Assembly (NCBI GenBank): GCA_963835575.1
Contig: CAWIGG010000002.1
Span: forward strand, 928,001 to 992,000
From: an uncultured Spirochaetota bacterium
GTDB taxonomy: Bacteria > Spirochaetota > Brevinematia > Brevinematales > JAOACQ01
Length of the DNA: 64,000 nt
Reading direction: 5' to 3'
The translations under genes were made by a program, and so were the position numbers. Positions 40,159-49,592 of this stretch are shown here, piece after piece (positions within the stretch are counted from its first letter, which is position 1; the number at the start of each line of letters is the position of its first letter). The notes below the pieces were generated by a model. It did no database searches. It had not been told where the DNA came from and saw only the letters and a program-made list of their open reading frames with translations.

Positions 40159-41400
40159 CTAATACATTGAAGTATTTTGAGAAGGAGGAGTTTGCCGCTT
40201 TTTCTCCAATTCCATGTTTCTGCGGAAAATATGGACCATTTTTTCAATACTGAAAACATCTTTTGTAAAAATCTTACCATCAATTACTGTAATCGTTTTA
40301 TCATCATCAAACAATTTTTTAATATAAACATGACCTTCCTGTGGCGGAAAACCCACTAATTTAATGAGTTCTTCAGAACCGAAATCAAATGTATGAGATG
40401 TGCCTAAATTGATGGGTACTCTTGCCTTTTGCAGATGCGTGTATAGCGCGTCATACAGCTTGCCGATGGGGTCCTTGATCAGTACATTAGAAAACTGTTT
40501 ATATATCAGCCATGTTCTTTCGCTGAGAAGTTCGATGATCTTGCTTGCGATTTCAGGATGCGCCTGCACCATAGGCTCAAAATTAGCTTTGCTGACAGCC
40601 ATCAGCTTTGTCGGTCCGAAAGAAATAGCGCTGGCGCTCCTGGGTTTATTGTCCAGAAGCGACATTTCACCGAAGATGTCGCCTTTTTTCAAGACGGCAA
40701 GCAGTATTTCATTATTATCAACTAATTTTGTTATCTTTACTTTTCCTTCCTGGATAATAAACAGTTCCGATCCCGGTTCATGTTCCAGAAAGACGATCTG
40801 GCCGTCATTAAAAAGAGAATAAAAACTTTCTTTTTTTGGCAGAAGAGCATCAGGGGTGGGATTAATTTTTGCCAGCTTTATCTTGGCTTGAGGCACATAA
40901 CCGCCGTCAGGGCAGAATTTCACATAATGAAGATAAGCATACGCGGCCTGAGTCGGCATTTGATTTGAATAATAGTATTCGCCAATATTGAATATATAAT
41001 TCGGATTCTCTTCAATTGATGATTTAAGGGTCATTTTTGTTAATAATGAATCGTAGTATCTAAGCTGTTTACCGAAGTATCGAAGTATTTTCATCGCGAT
41101 AGGAGTATTCTTTTGAATAAGAGCGCCGAAATGTTCTCTTTTTACTATAATAGTAGAAGTGTCTTCAAGCGACTGAACAGTTTCAATACGCGGCCTTTTT
41201 GCCATGCAGGATATTACACCGAAAAAATCCCCAACACTGAGCGTTGTCCCGCTGTCGGATTCAACCATTGAAGCGGATCTGTTTTCCACAACTTTTCCCT
41301 GTTTAATAATATAAAACTCATCTGAATCTTCCTGATCTTCAAGAATAATATAGGAGTTGTTTTTAAAGTTTGCAACTTCGAATACGATTTCTTCAGGCAT
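40159..41400 (-). CDS. Dual cyclic-nucleotide-binding domain protein with a central TPR-like segment
   Basis: Two cNMP domains (FYIIKQGKV..GDFFGV..PR; LFIIQEGKV..GDIFGEMSLLDNKPRSA); start set to ATG 41400 after GGAG. Confidence 0.85.
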   Translation of the reverse strand: MPEEIVFEVANFKNNSYIILEDQEDSDEFYIIKQGKVVENRSASMVESDSGTTLSVGDFFGVISCMAKRPRIETVQSLEDTSTIIVKREHFGALIQKNTPIAMKILRYFGKQLRYYDSLLTKMTLKSSIEENPNYIFNIGEYYYSNQMPTQAAYAYLHYVKFCPDGGYVPQAKIKLAKINPTPDALLPKKESFYSLFNDGQIVFLEHEPGSELFIIQEGKVKITKLVDNNEILLAVLKKGDIFGEMSLLDNKPRSASAISFGPTKLMAVSKANFEPMVQAHPEIASKIIELLSERTWLIYKQFSNVLIKDPIGKLYDALYTHLQKARVPINLGTSHTFDFGSEELIKLVGFPPQEGHVYIKKLFDDDKTITVIDGKIFTKDVFSIEKMVHIFRRNMELEKKRQTPPSQNTSMY

Positions 41401-41427
41401 TTTGACTCCATTTTCCAAAAAAACAGC

Positions 41428-42726
41428 TTATTGATAAATTGGAAATCTTCTACATAAATTTTCGACTTTTTCCCTCACTGAATTAAGTATTTTTTCATTA
41501 TTAATTGAAGAAATTACTGATGCAATATATTCGGCAATCTCTTCCATTTCCTTTTCTTTCATCCCACGAGTAGTGATAGAAGGCGTTCCGATCCTTATCC
41601 CGCTTGTAATTGTAGGCGGCTGCTTGTCAAAAGGTATGCCGTTTTTATTGACTGTTATCCTTGCTTTATCCAAGGCTTCAGTTGCCTCTTTACCTGTAAC
41701 TTTTTTGTTTGTTAAATCGACAAGCATCAGATGATTGTCTGAACCTCCAGAAACAAGCCGGAAGCCATTATTAATTAGAGCTTTTGACAGAGCCCGGCAA
41801 TTATTAATAATCTGCTTTTGATACTCTATAAAATCATTACTCAGTGCCTCTTTTAAGGCTACTGCTTTCGCGGCTATAACATGCATTAACGGACCGCCCT
41901 GTATGCCGGGAAATATATTACTGTCCAGTATCTCGCTCATCATTTTAACCCTGCCGCTTTTAGGGGCTGTAATACCTATTTTATTCTCAAAATCTTTTCC
42001 CATCAGGATCATTCCGCCCCGAGGGCCGCGGAGTGTTTTATGGGTTGTTGTTGTAACAAAATGTGAGACATTTACCGGGGTTGGATGCAGGTTGGCCGCA
42101 ACCAGGCCGGCTATATGCGCCATATCAGTCACGAGATAAGCTCCACAGGTATCAGCCGCCTCGCGGAATTTATTAAAATCTATAATACGCGGATAAGCGC
42201 TGGCACCTGCAATAATGAGTTTCGGTTTTTCTGAAGCGGCTTTTTTTATCAGGGCATCGTAATCAATTGTCTCACTGTCAGGGGTGACTCCGTAACTTAT
42301 TATATTGAAAAAACGTCCTGAAAAGTTTACTGGAGAGCCATGCGTTAAATGACCGCCGTGTGATAAATTCATTCCTAGAACTTTATCGCCCGGGGTGAGC
42401 ACACTGAAATAAATGCCCATATTTGCCTGGCTTCCTGAATGAGGTTGAACATTGGCATATTCACAATTGAATAATTTTTTTGCTCTCTGCCTGGCAAGGT
42501 CTTCCACAACATCAACATATTCGCATCCGCCGTAATATCGATGCGCAGGATATCCTTCGGCATATTTATTGGTCATCAAACAGCCCTGGGCTTCCAATAC
42601 CGCTTTTGAAACAATATTTTCAGAGGCGATCAATTCCAAATTCAATTGTTCTCTATTTTCTTCATCTATAATTGCATCGTACACTTCGGAATCAATATTT
42701 TTGAGATTTTCCTTATTACCAAGCAT
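41428..42726 (-). CDS. glyA: Serine hydroxymethyltransferase
   Basis: [33 protein letters not shown] and [13 protein letters not shown]. Confidence 0.98.
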   Translation of the reverse strand: MLGNKENLKNIDSEVYDAIIDEENREQLNLELIASENIVSKAVLEAQGCLMTNKYAEGYPAHRYYGGCEYVDVVEDLARQRAKKLFNCEYANVQPHSGSQANMGIYFSVLTPGDKVLGMNLSHGGHLTHGSPVNFSGRFFNIISYGVTPDSETIDYDALIKKAASEKPKLIIAGASAYPRIIDFNKFREAADTCGAYLVTDMAHIAGLVAANLHPTPVNVSHFVTTTTHKTLRGPRGGMILMGKDFENKIGITAPKSGRVKMMSEILDSNIFPGIQGGPLMHVIAAKAVALKEALSNDFIEYQKQIINNCRALSKALINNGFRLVSGGSDNHLMLVDLTNKKVTGKEATEALDKARITVNKNGIPFDKQPPTITSGIRIGTPSITTRGMKEKEMEEIAEYIASVISSINNEKILNSVREKVENLCRRFPIYQ

Positions 42727-42895
42727 ATTTGCTCCCGTATTATTGATTGTTATATTGTAATAGCTCCTTTTAAATTATTCAATTAATTTTTATAAATTAA
42801 TATTGAGAGATTGTTCCATAAAATACTAAATTTATTAAATAAAAGTTTTTGAAACTTTTTAATGATGAAATTAAATAATATTTTTAAAAAAATAC

Positions 42896-42924
42896 TTGAC
42901 ATCATACTACATATGTAGTATAAT
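42896..42924 (+). promoter_or_regulatory. Sigma70 promoter with a BlaI/CopY-type operator (box 1)
   Basis: TTGACA-N17-TATAAT containing the perfect 18-bp palindrome ATACTACATATGTAGTAT (42904-42921, TACA-N2-TGTA core). Confidence 0.85.
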
Positions 42925-42950
42925 TTATAAAATTGTAATTAGGATGCATT

Positions 42951-43334
42951 ATGGAACAAAAAAGATTGTTTGGAGAACTCGAATTGCAGGTCATGGCTGT
43001 CTTATGGGAAAAGAAAGAAGCGAGTGTCTATGATGTGCAAAATTCAATCGGCAAAAATATTGCTTATACAACAATTATGACGGTTCTTTCCAGAATGTAT
43101 TCCAAAGGAATGGTTGAAAGGTCAAAATCAGGTAAGAATTATATTTATTCAATAAAAAAAGGAAAAAGTTTAGCGCTCAGCACAATGTTAGATAAAATCA
43201 AGAACTCAATTTTCGGCGGTAAATCCATTCAGATGGTAAACTACTTAATTGATAACGCGAACGATATTCAACAGGAAGAATTGGAACTAATCAGCGCAAT
43301 TATTGAGAAAAGAAAGAAAGAAATAAAGAGGTAA
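42951..43334 (+). CDS. BlaI/MecI/CopY family transcriptional repressor
   Basis: GELELQVMAVLW, AYTTIMTVLSRMYSKGMVER and IFGG. Confidence 0.93.
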   Translation: MEQKRLFGELELQVMAVLWEKKEASVYDVQNSIGKNIAYTTIMTVLSRMYSKGMVERSKSGKNYIYSIKKGKSLALSTMLDKIKNSIFGGKSIQMVNYLIDNANDIQQEELELISAIIEKRKKEIKR

Positions 43335-43345
43335 TCCAGATTAAA

Positions 43346-44452
43346 ATGCCTAATGAAGTATTAATTTATTTTCTTGCGAATATATTTCTTAATAGTATTT
43401 TAGCGTTCAGTATCAGCGTATTGACGGTAGAGTTTTTTATTTTCATACTCAGATTAAATAGAAAGAAAATGTTTAAGACCATATATTTTCTGAGAATGCT
43501 GCCTTTTATAAAAATTATTTATGATGTCATATTTAATTTTAAAATTTCATCCTGGGCAGTAGCAAACGGCATCGATATAATTAATCGTATACCCAATTCC
43601 ATGACGATGCATATCGGAGCAGGTCTAATTAAACCTTTTATTCCAATATTTTATTACCTCGATTTTTCAATTTATCATATGTATACAGTAAGTCTCGCAG
43701 ATATGTTTACTCAATATATAGGTTTTGATTATACATTTTTCCTGGTTTTAATATTACTAACCGTTTCACTATCTATGGTGTTATATTATGGGATTAGACA
43801 AATCTATTCTTATATTACTATAAAGATCATGGCCAATTCTTCCCATCCTTCTAACAGATTGATAAATAATGATATTCTCCTCAAACAGCTGAAAAGGAAA
43901 AATGTTGAGATTTTAGTTTCTCCGGCAAAAGGTTTTTCCCCTTTTTCATTTGGAATAATACATCCTGAAATTATAATTCCCAGTGAGTTTTATAAAAAAT
44001 TGACAGATGATGAATATGAAGCATTGCTGACTCATGAAATAGGTCATATAGGCTGGTGGAATACAATAACAAGCATATTATTATTATTTATGAAATCATT
44101 TTTCTGGTTTATACCATTTATACATTTTTATATAAAAAAGATCAATTTAATAAAAGAGCTTGCTTGTGATGTAAACTGCATGAAATACTATTGTAATACT
44201 TTAACAGTGGCTGAATTATTAAAGAAAGCAGCCTATTATGTCCAAAAACCTTTATTTTCCACAGCTTCACCATTATTTACAGCATCATCGCCATTATTGC
44301 TCCGGGTAAAAACATTATTAGACCTCTCGATGTTTAAACCGGGTGAAAATTCAAAGGATTTCCTTTTTAAAACAATATCAAGTATAGTTATTCTCATCAT
44401 ATCTTTTTTAATATCTTTCTTTGTGTTAAATAGCAGATTTGGAATAATTTAA
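43346..44452 (+). CDS. M56 family (BlaR1/MecR1-like) membrane metallopeptidase without penicillin-binding domain
   Basis: Multiple TM segments; SPFSFGIIHPEIIIP, LTHEIGH (HExxH), FWFIP and ELACD; ends shortly after the last TM. Confidence 0.88.
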   Translation: MPNEVLIYFLANIFLNSILAFSISVLTVEFFIFILRLNRKKMFKTIYFLRMLPFIKIIYDVIFNFKISSWAVANGIDIINRIPNSMTMHIGAGLIKPFIPIFYYLDFSIYHMYTVSLADMFTQYIGFDYTFFLVLILLTVSLSMVLYYGIRQIYSYITIKIMANSSHPSNRLINNDILLKQLKRKNVEILVSPAKGFSPFSFGIIHPEIIIPSEFYKKLTDDEYEALLTHEIGHIGWWNTITSILLLFMKSFFWFIPFIHFYIKKINLIKELACDVNCMKYYCNTLTVAELLKKAAYYVQKPLFSTASPLFTASSPLLLRVKTLLDLSMFKPGENSKDFLFKTISSIVILIISFLISFFVLNSRFGII

Positions 44453-44482
44453 ATTTCAAAATAGGAAGGGATGGTTTTTTAA

Positions 44483-44510
44483 TTGAAATACTACAGAGGT
44501 AGTATAAAAT
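44483..44510 (+). promoter_or_regulatory. Second BlaI-type operator (box 2) inside a sigma70-like promoter
   Basis: ATACTAC-AGAG-GTAGTAT (44488-44505) has the same 7-bp arms as box 1; lies within TTGAAA-N16-TAAAAT. Confidence 0.7.
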
Positions 44511-44515
44511 TCATA

Positions 44516-44579
44516 GCAAGCAGAAATAAGAACTGGGGAAAGCAAGCTGGTCCTACCTCCTACCAGCTTGCTTTTTTTT
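44516..44579 (+). ncRNA. Candidate BlaI-regulated small RNA with an anti-SD loop
   Basis: Promoter/operator upstream, no ORF, ends in a 13-bp hairpin with loop CCUACCUCCU and a U tract. Start position estimated. Confidence 0.45.
44539..44579 (+). terminator. Intrinsic terminator
   Basis: AAAGCAAGCTGGT / ACCAGCTTGCTTT perfect stem followed by a T run. Confidence 0.85.
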
Positions 44580-44596
44580 AATTTGAAAGCTATAAT
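44568..44596 (+). promoter_or_regulatory. Sigma70-type promoter for the downstream outer-membrane protein gene
   Basis: TTGCTT-N17-TATAAT overlapping the 3' arm of the terminator. Confidence 0.5.
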
Positions 44597-44739
44597 ATTA
44601 AACTGTTGTTTTTCATAGGGTATGTTATGCAGATATTTTGGCTCATCATATTGTTTTTTATATTTATTTAAGCAGCCCGTTATATTCTCAAATCGAATAT
44701 AAAATACTCAATTCATTTTAATAAAAAATGGAGAATCTG

Positions 44740-45663
44740 ATGCGTAAATATTTAATTGTCAGCTTAATAATAGTTTTCATCCCTTTAATGATTCATGCTG
44801 TCGATAAGATAAATGATGATTATACTGAAACAAATTTAAATAGTTTGCATTCTTTCGGGCTTCTCAGCTATGGTTTTCACAGTAACACATTCCATTTAAA
44901 TTATTTTTATTTAAGGTATAATTTAACTGTCAGCGATCTGCAATTTTTTACAACATTGAACGGATTTAAGGATACTCATATTCCCGAAACCAACTATAAT
45001 ATGAATATTCTCAATAATATCAGTTTATATGATTATGGAATAACATACCGTTTTCTCAATATGATGTTCTTGTCTCTCAGGGGCGCAGCAGTTTACAGAT
45101 TAAATTATGAATCAATCCTTTTGTTTACACCCTATTACTTTTCTGATAATCCGACACAATTTGATGCTCCGGCACAGTATATTCCAGAATTTACCACAGC
45201 TCCGGGAATACGTTTTGGTATAAAAACTGAATCTTTAGAAATCGGTTATTCTCAGGGAGATTTCAGGCATTTAATTCCTTCAGCAGTTATACTTCGTTAT
45301 ACCGGTGATAATTTTTATATTAAAGGAACCATTCAGTATGAACATGCTAATCCGGCAATCTTTGAACCTGAGAATTTTCATATATATGGTCAGTTAAGTT
45401 CAATGATAAATTATCCCGTAGGAGATTTTAATATTATCTGTATTGCTGAAATAACGACATATTATCAAAACAGAACCTGGCTGAGACTTGAAGAAGGCTT
45501 AAAATACGCTGGTATAACTCTAGGTATCAGAGAATTAATGGTAAACGATCTATATACTCTATATGAGTTTTCAATAAAAAAAGAGCTTTATGAATTAGCA
45601 AGCATAGGATTTCTTTTTTCCACTGATGGAAGAATCTATGCGGCAACAGAAATTAATTTTTAA
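44740..45663 (+). CDS. Putative outer-membrane beta-barrel protein
   Basis: Signal peptide (MRKYLIVSLIIVFIPLMIHA), alternating aromatic/polar strands, terminal Phe; start after GGAG. Confidence 0.55.
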   Translation: MRKYLIVSLIIVFIPLMIHAVDKINDDYTETNLNSLHSFGLLSYGFHSNTFHLNYFYLRYNLTVSDLQFFTTLNGFKDTHIPETNYNMNILNNISLYDYGITYRFLNMMFLSLRGAAVYRLNYESILLFTPYYFSDNPTQFDAPAQYIPEFTTAPGIRFGIKTESLEIGYSQGDFRHLIPSAVILRYTGDNFYIKGTIQYEHANPAIFEPENFHIYGQLSSMINYPVGDFNIICIAEITTYYQNRTWLRLEEGLKYAGITLGIRELMVNDLYTLYEFSIKKELYELASIGFLFSTDGRIYAATEINF

Positions 45664-45872
45664 GATTTAATTCTAATTGGATTAAGGGCTTTTATATATA
45701 TCATATGTTTTGCAGTACAGTAGATATTTATAGAATACATCTATTTGTTTAAATGTTTCATTTGAAAGAAGATTGAAGACTTGAACACAGTGTTTTAAAG
45801 ACCGAAGAAATTAATTTATAGATCTGTTCCTGTAAACATAATCCAATATTTCAACTCTTATATTTGTTTTAT

Positions 45873-45901
45873 TTGACTTAGAAAAAAGCCTATTTTATAA
45901 T
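45873..45901 (+). promoter_or_regulatory. Promoter of tRNA-Leu
   Basis: TTGACT-N17-TATAAT, 14 nt upstream of the tRNA. Confidence 0.7.
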
Positions 45902-45915
45902 TACTTCTTATTTAT

Positions 45916-45999
45916 GCCGGGGTGGTGGAATTGGTAGACACGCTAGCTTGAGGGGCTAGTGGGCGTTAGCCTGTGTGAGTTCAAGTCTCGTCCCCGGCA
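45916..45999 (+). tRNA. tRNA-Leu(GAG), CCA not encoded
   Basis: Acceptor GCCGGGG/TCCCCGGC-A, D-loop GGAATTGGTAGAC, anticodon arm CTAGC-TTGAGGG-GCTAG, long variable arm, TTCAAGT T-loop. Confidence 0.96.
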
Positions 46000-46003
46000 T
46001 TTT

Positions 46004-46690
46004 TTAGTGCTGTTTTTTTCTCCGGCTGGATCTGAACCTTGTAGTTAGAGGGACTTCTATTCTTGATAGCGTGATTCCATTGGTAGTACCGATCCGGAAC
46101 AGGCTTACATCCAGATTGGCTTTTTTAAGTAAAATTGCTATTAAAGCCAGCCCCATTTTCTCATCGTACGGGTCATATTCGATCATATTGTTATAATCAA
46201 GTAAATCAACATAAATCATTGATTTTTGAAGCTTCATTCTTATTTGCCTTTCTTCAATACCGACAATCGGGGAATTATTTGTGATCTCGAATTTTATACC
46301 ATGTTTGCTATGGCGGATGTTGAATTTTACCCAGAGGTCGTTTAAAGCCAGTTCGGAATAATATTTTTTTGCATCATTTCTTTCAATCATGTCTTTGAAT
46401 TGTGTAATACCAGAAACATAATCAGCAATATTATTAATATTGAGGTTGCTTTTTTCAAAAAATAATGATTTGACATTGGTCATTATTGCATTAAGAAGCA
46501 GTTCTTTTATACAAAAATAAATGACATCGACTAAATCGCTTCTTTTATATTTATTGAAAATGGTTTCAACAGATTTTCTAATCAAAGCATTACTATCTTT
46601 ATCATTATTATAGAATTTAATTGTGATTGGTTTGCCATTATCTATTTTGTCAATGTAAGGCTTTTTTTTTAAATCCACCCTTAACTCCAA
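46004..46690 (-). CDS. Hypothetical protein, possible GHKL/HATPase-like fold
   Basis: CIKELLLNA (N-box-like), FEITNNS and MGLALIAILL; TTG start. Confidence 0.55.
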   Translation of the reverse strand: MELRVDLKKKPYIDKIDNGKPITIKFYNNDKDSNALIRKSVETIFNKYKRSDLVDVIYFCIKELLLNAIMTNVKSLFFEKSNLNINNIADYVSGITQFKDMIERNDAKKYYSELALNDLWVKFNIRHSKHGIKFEITNNSPIVGIEERQIRMKLQKSMIYVDLLDYNNMIEYDPYDEKMGLALIAILLKKANLDVSLFRIGTTNGITLSRIEVPLTTRFRSSRRKKQH

Positions 46691-46863
46691 GAATGAACTT
46701 ATTCAGATTATAAAGCAAAATAAAAAAATGTCTATGCTTATTTAATAAATTTTTAAATATATGATAATTATTAGTCATAGAAGATGATTAAATATTTTAA
46801 ATATTATATTTTTTGAAATTTAATGAAAATAACGATAAGATTATGATGGAGTATGGTTAATAT

Positions 46864-47235
46864 ATGAAAAAAATATTCATATGGAATCTATTAATACTTA
46901 TTATAGTTTTTTTATTTATGCAATGTACCCAAAATGGTTCTATTAAAACCGATGAATTTATTTATATCATTGATGTTTATTCTGGAGAAGTTGAATTTTC
47001 TCATAATGAAGGGAAGGAATGGAAGAATGTTGAAGCCGGGATGACATTAGTCGAAAATGATATATTAAAAACGGGAGCAAATTCTTTTTGTGATATTATT
47101 ATGCCGAACAGGGGAATATTCAGAGTGGCAGGAAATTCGGTTATTTCATTAAAGTACCTGAGAAAGGAAATAGAAAGCATTAATATAAAAAAAGGAAAGC
47201 AGTATCTGCTGGACCTGGAAAAAAAGTACAGTTAA
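46864..47235 (+). pseudogene. FecR-domain (LipL45-like) lipoprotein, apparently C-terminally truncated
   Basis: Lipobox FMQ-C; SGEV..WKNVEAGMTLVENDILKTGANSFCDI..RVAGNS FecR pattern stops mid-domain where it meets the convergent FHA gene. Confidence 0.5.
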
Positions 47236-47603
47236 TTAATTTTTTCAGGGGATTTCGATTCAAACGCATTTATGGTAAATTTTGTATTTCCTATGCGGAT
47301 TTCATCACCGGCTGAAAGATATCTTTTTTCATTCCGCTGGAGCGGATCGTTATTCACATATGTGCAATTGGTACTCTTCAAATCTCTGATGACAAGGCCT
47401 TCCCCAATTTGTTCTAATAAGGCATGCCGCCGTGATACCAGGGGATCATCCAGTACAATATCGCATTTCATATCCCTGCCAATATAGATTTTCCGCATCA
47501 CCACAACTTGATTGTTCATGTATTTCAATAAATACTGGTTTGACCTCTTTACCTTTGCGATCTTCTTCCCTTCATCACTCCGCTTATAAACGGTTTCCTC
47601 CAT
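47232..47603 (-). CDS. FHA domain protein
   Basis: IYIGR..CDIVLDDPLVSRRHA, DLKSTNCTYVN and GDEIRIG; start set at ATG 47603 after GGAG (the longer ORF runs into the IS). Confidence 0.88.
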   Translation of the reverse strand: MEETVYKRSDEGKKIAKVKRSNQYLLKYMNNQVVVMRKIYIGRDMKCDIVLDDPLVSRRHALLEQIGEGLVIRDLKSTNCTYVNNDPLQRNEKRYLSAGDEIRIGNTKFTINAFESKSPEKIN

Positions 47604-47635
47604 AATAGGTCTCCGATGGAATACGATAATATTAT

Positions 47636-48919
47636 GGGCGGTTTGAAAAACCCACGTATCATATACAAATAGTATATAAAAACATATAATCATAGTCAAA
47701 GAAAACAGAGGTAAGGCTATGACAAAAATTAAGCGGAAAGACCGTAACTTGTTTGAATATCAGGAGCGGATGGAAAAGCTAAGCGGCGTAAAAACACCGC
47801 TGGATAAGCTTAACAGAGTTGTAGACTTTGAGATGTTCCGGCCGCTGTTAACAGAGATTTTGGCGCCGAAAGAGCAGAAGGCGCCGGGTGGAGCGCCACA
47901 TTATGACTATGTTTTCATGTTCAAGATACTGATATTCCAGAGGTATTACAATCTTTCCGATGAGCAAGCGGAATTTCAGATCAATGACAGGTTATCCGTT
48001 CAGCGATATCTTGGGATAACACTTTCGGACAAAGTTCCGGACTACAGTAAAATCTGGGAATTCAAGGAAAAACTGACGAAAGCGAAAGCAATAGAGAAAC
48101 TTTTTAAAATATTCGATGAGAATCTTGAGAATAAAGGTGTGATAGGGAAAGCGGGCGTTATGGTAGACGCAAGTTTTGTGGATGTTCCCCGGCAGAGGAA
48201 CAGCCGCGAAGAAAACAAGAAAATAAAAGAAGGCGAGGTTCCGGAAGATTGGAAAGATAATACGCATAAGCTTTCCCATAAAGACACGGATGCGCGCTGG
48301 ATGACCAAGAATAAAGAGAGGCATTACGGATACAAAAACCATACAAAGGTTGATGTGAAGTCAAAACTTATTCGTTCTTATGTCACGACAGATGCGAGCG
48401 TTCACGATTCACAGGTAGTTGAACCTCTATTGAATGAGAAAGACAAAGGGAAGCCGTTTTACGCGGACAGCGCATATGTTGGCCCAACGGTAGCAGGAAT
48501 ATTAGAAAAATTTGAGATGAAAAACCGGATTCACGAAAAAGGATACAGAAATAAGCCATTGACGGAGAAGCAGAAAGAAAAAAATAGAAGAAAGAGCCGC
48601 ATCCGAGTTCGTGTTGAGCATGTTTTTGGTTTTGTTGAAAATAGTATGAACGGCAGTACAATACGATCGATAGGAAAAGAAAGGGCAGAGAGCCAAATCG
48701 GGCTGATGAATCTGGTTTATAATTTAGCACGGTATGTTGTGGTAAAAGGTCGAATTGCGTCTTGTGCGGCTTAAAATACAGAAGATATGGATAATATTGC
48801 CCGTGTTTGGCTGAATTTTGGTAATAGAAACAGTTTTTAACCTGTTGGCAGAAATATTTTGAAAATATTTTCTATTATCAGGGAAGTGTTGATAAATTAG
48901 GCGGTTTTTAAAACCGCCC
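47636..48919 (+). mobile_element. IS5-family insertion sequence (1284 bp)
   Basis: 17-bp TIRs GGGCGGTTTGAAAAACC / GGTTTTTAAAACCGCCC (1 mismatch); 4-bp TTAT target duplication (47632-47635, 48920-48923). Confidence 0.92.
47719..48774 (+). CDS. IS5-family transposase
   Basis: LSDEQAEFQINDRLS, MVDASFV, DTDARW, YGYKNH, HDSQ, YADSAY and RVRVEHVFG. Confidence 0.95.
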   Translation: MTKIKRKDRNLFEYQERMEKLSGVKTPLDKLNRVVDFEMFRPLLTEILAPKEQKAPGGAPHYDYVFMFKILIFQRYYNLSDEQAEFQINDRLSVQRYLGITLSDKVPDYSKIWEFKEKLTKAKAIEKLFKIFDENLENKGVIGKAGVMVDASFVDVPRQRNSREENKKIKEGEVPEDWKDNTHKLSHKDTDARWMTKNKERHYGYKNHTKVDVKSKLIRSYVTTDASVHDSQVVEPLLNEKDKGKPFYADSAYVGPTVAGILEKFEMKNRIHEKGYRNKPLTEKQKEKNRRKSRIRVRVEHVFGFVENSMNGSTIRSIGKERAESQIGLMNLVYNLARYVVVKGRIASCAA

Positions 48920-48938
48920 TTATATTATAGAAACTCAT

Positions 48939-49144
48939 ATGGGGTGGACTCAGAATTCGGAAAAATTTGTAAGCTGATAAATAATATTCTTGTCTATCAT
49001 ATTATAATATATGTAGTTAATAATTTCATCAATTTCTGATAATAAATTAAAATCTATGATTTTATAGGGTTATTTAATTCTTTATTAAGCAATAAAATAA
49101 AATTCTTAACGTACTATAAATTATGTTTTCTGTGTCCACTCCAT
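48939..49144. mobile_element. MITE-like remnant with GGRGTGGACWCAG inverted ends
   Basis: ATGGGGTGGACTCAGAA versus reverse complement of TTCTGTGTCCACTCCAT (15/17); AT-rich non-coding interior; no clear TSD. Confidence 0.45.
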
Positions 49145-49345
49145 CAATAATTTGTTTGATTCAGATAACATCTTTTTAGAATCTTCTGTTTGGTTTATAA
49201 GATGAACTGTAAGAATTTAAAAAAATCTTTATATTCTTCAAGAATTTTTAATCGAATTTATCTCCTTTTTCATCTAAATCTCGATATTCATAATCACTAT
49301 CATCTGTTAAAATTACTGAAAAGCCGTCAGGTATGTTCCATTTGG

Positions 49346-49465
49346 TGTTGACTGACAAAAAAGTTCTTAATCAGTGCACAACTTTATTTCATAAATTAAT
49401 AACAATTATTCCTGTATCTTATTTAATTAATCGAGTTTAGTGTACCACTTTCTTGTCCGTCAACA
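49346..49465. mobile_element. Miniature IS21-like element (TG...CA ends)
   Basis: TGTTGACTGACAAAAAAGT / ACTTTCTTGTCCGTCAACA (17/19) with internal AGTG.AC.ACTT repeats. Confidence 0.5.
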
Positions 49466-49554
49466 TTACTGATTAATATTTGTGAAAATAGTCCCTTAAC
49501 AAAACGAAGGAAATAATATTCTGACCCCTTCTAAAACACAATTGCGAAATAATT

Positions 49555-49583
49555 TTGACAATAAAATTCTTGCTGCTTACAAT
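49555..49583 (+). promoter_or_regulatory. Promoter of the cobamide operon
   Basis: TTGACA-N17-TACAAT immediately upstream of the riboswitch. Confidence 0.7.
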
Positions 49584-49592
49584 AATCGCAGA

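Noticed and set aside
41930..42000. Insertion in GlyA ([19 protein letters not shown])
   Set aside because: A similar loop insertion occurs in SHMTs of several bacterial lineages; not an intein or a novelty.
45916..45999. tRNA-Leu as an integration (att) site for the downstream accessory region
   Set aside because: No duplicated tRNA 3' end or integrase in the window; the only TCCCCGGCA match noticed (about 48186) is inside the IS5 transposase and is probably chance.
47604..47699. N-terminal extension of the FHA protein
   Set aside because: Reads through the IS5 left end; the true start at 47603 has a GGAG RBS.
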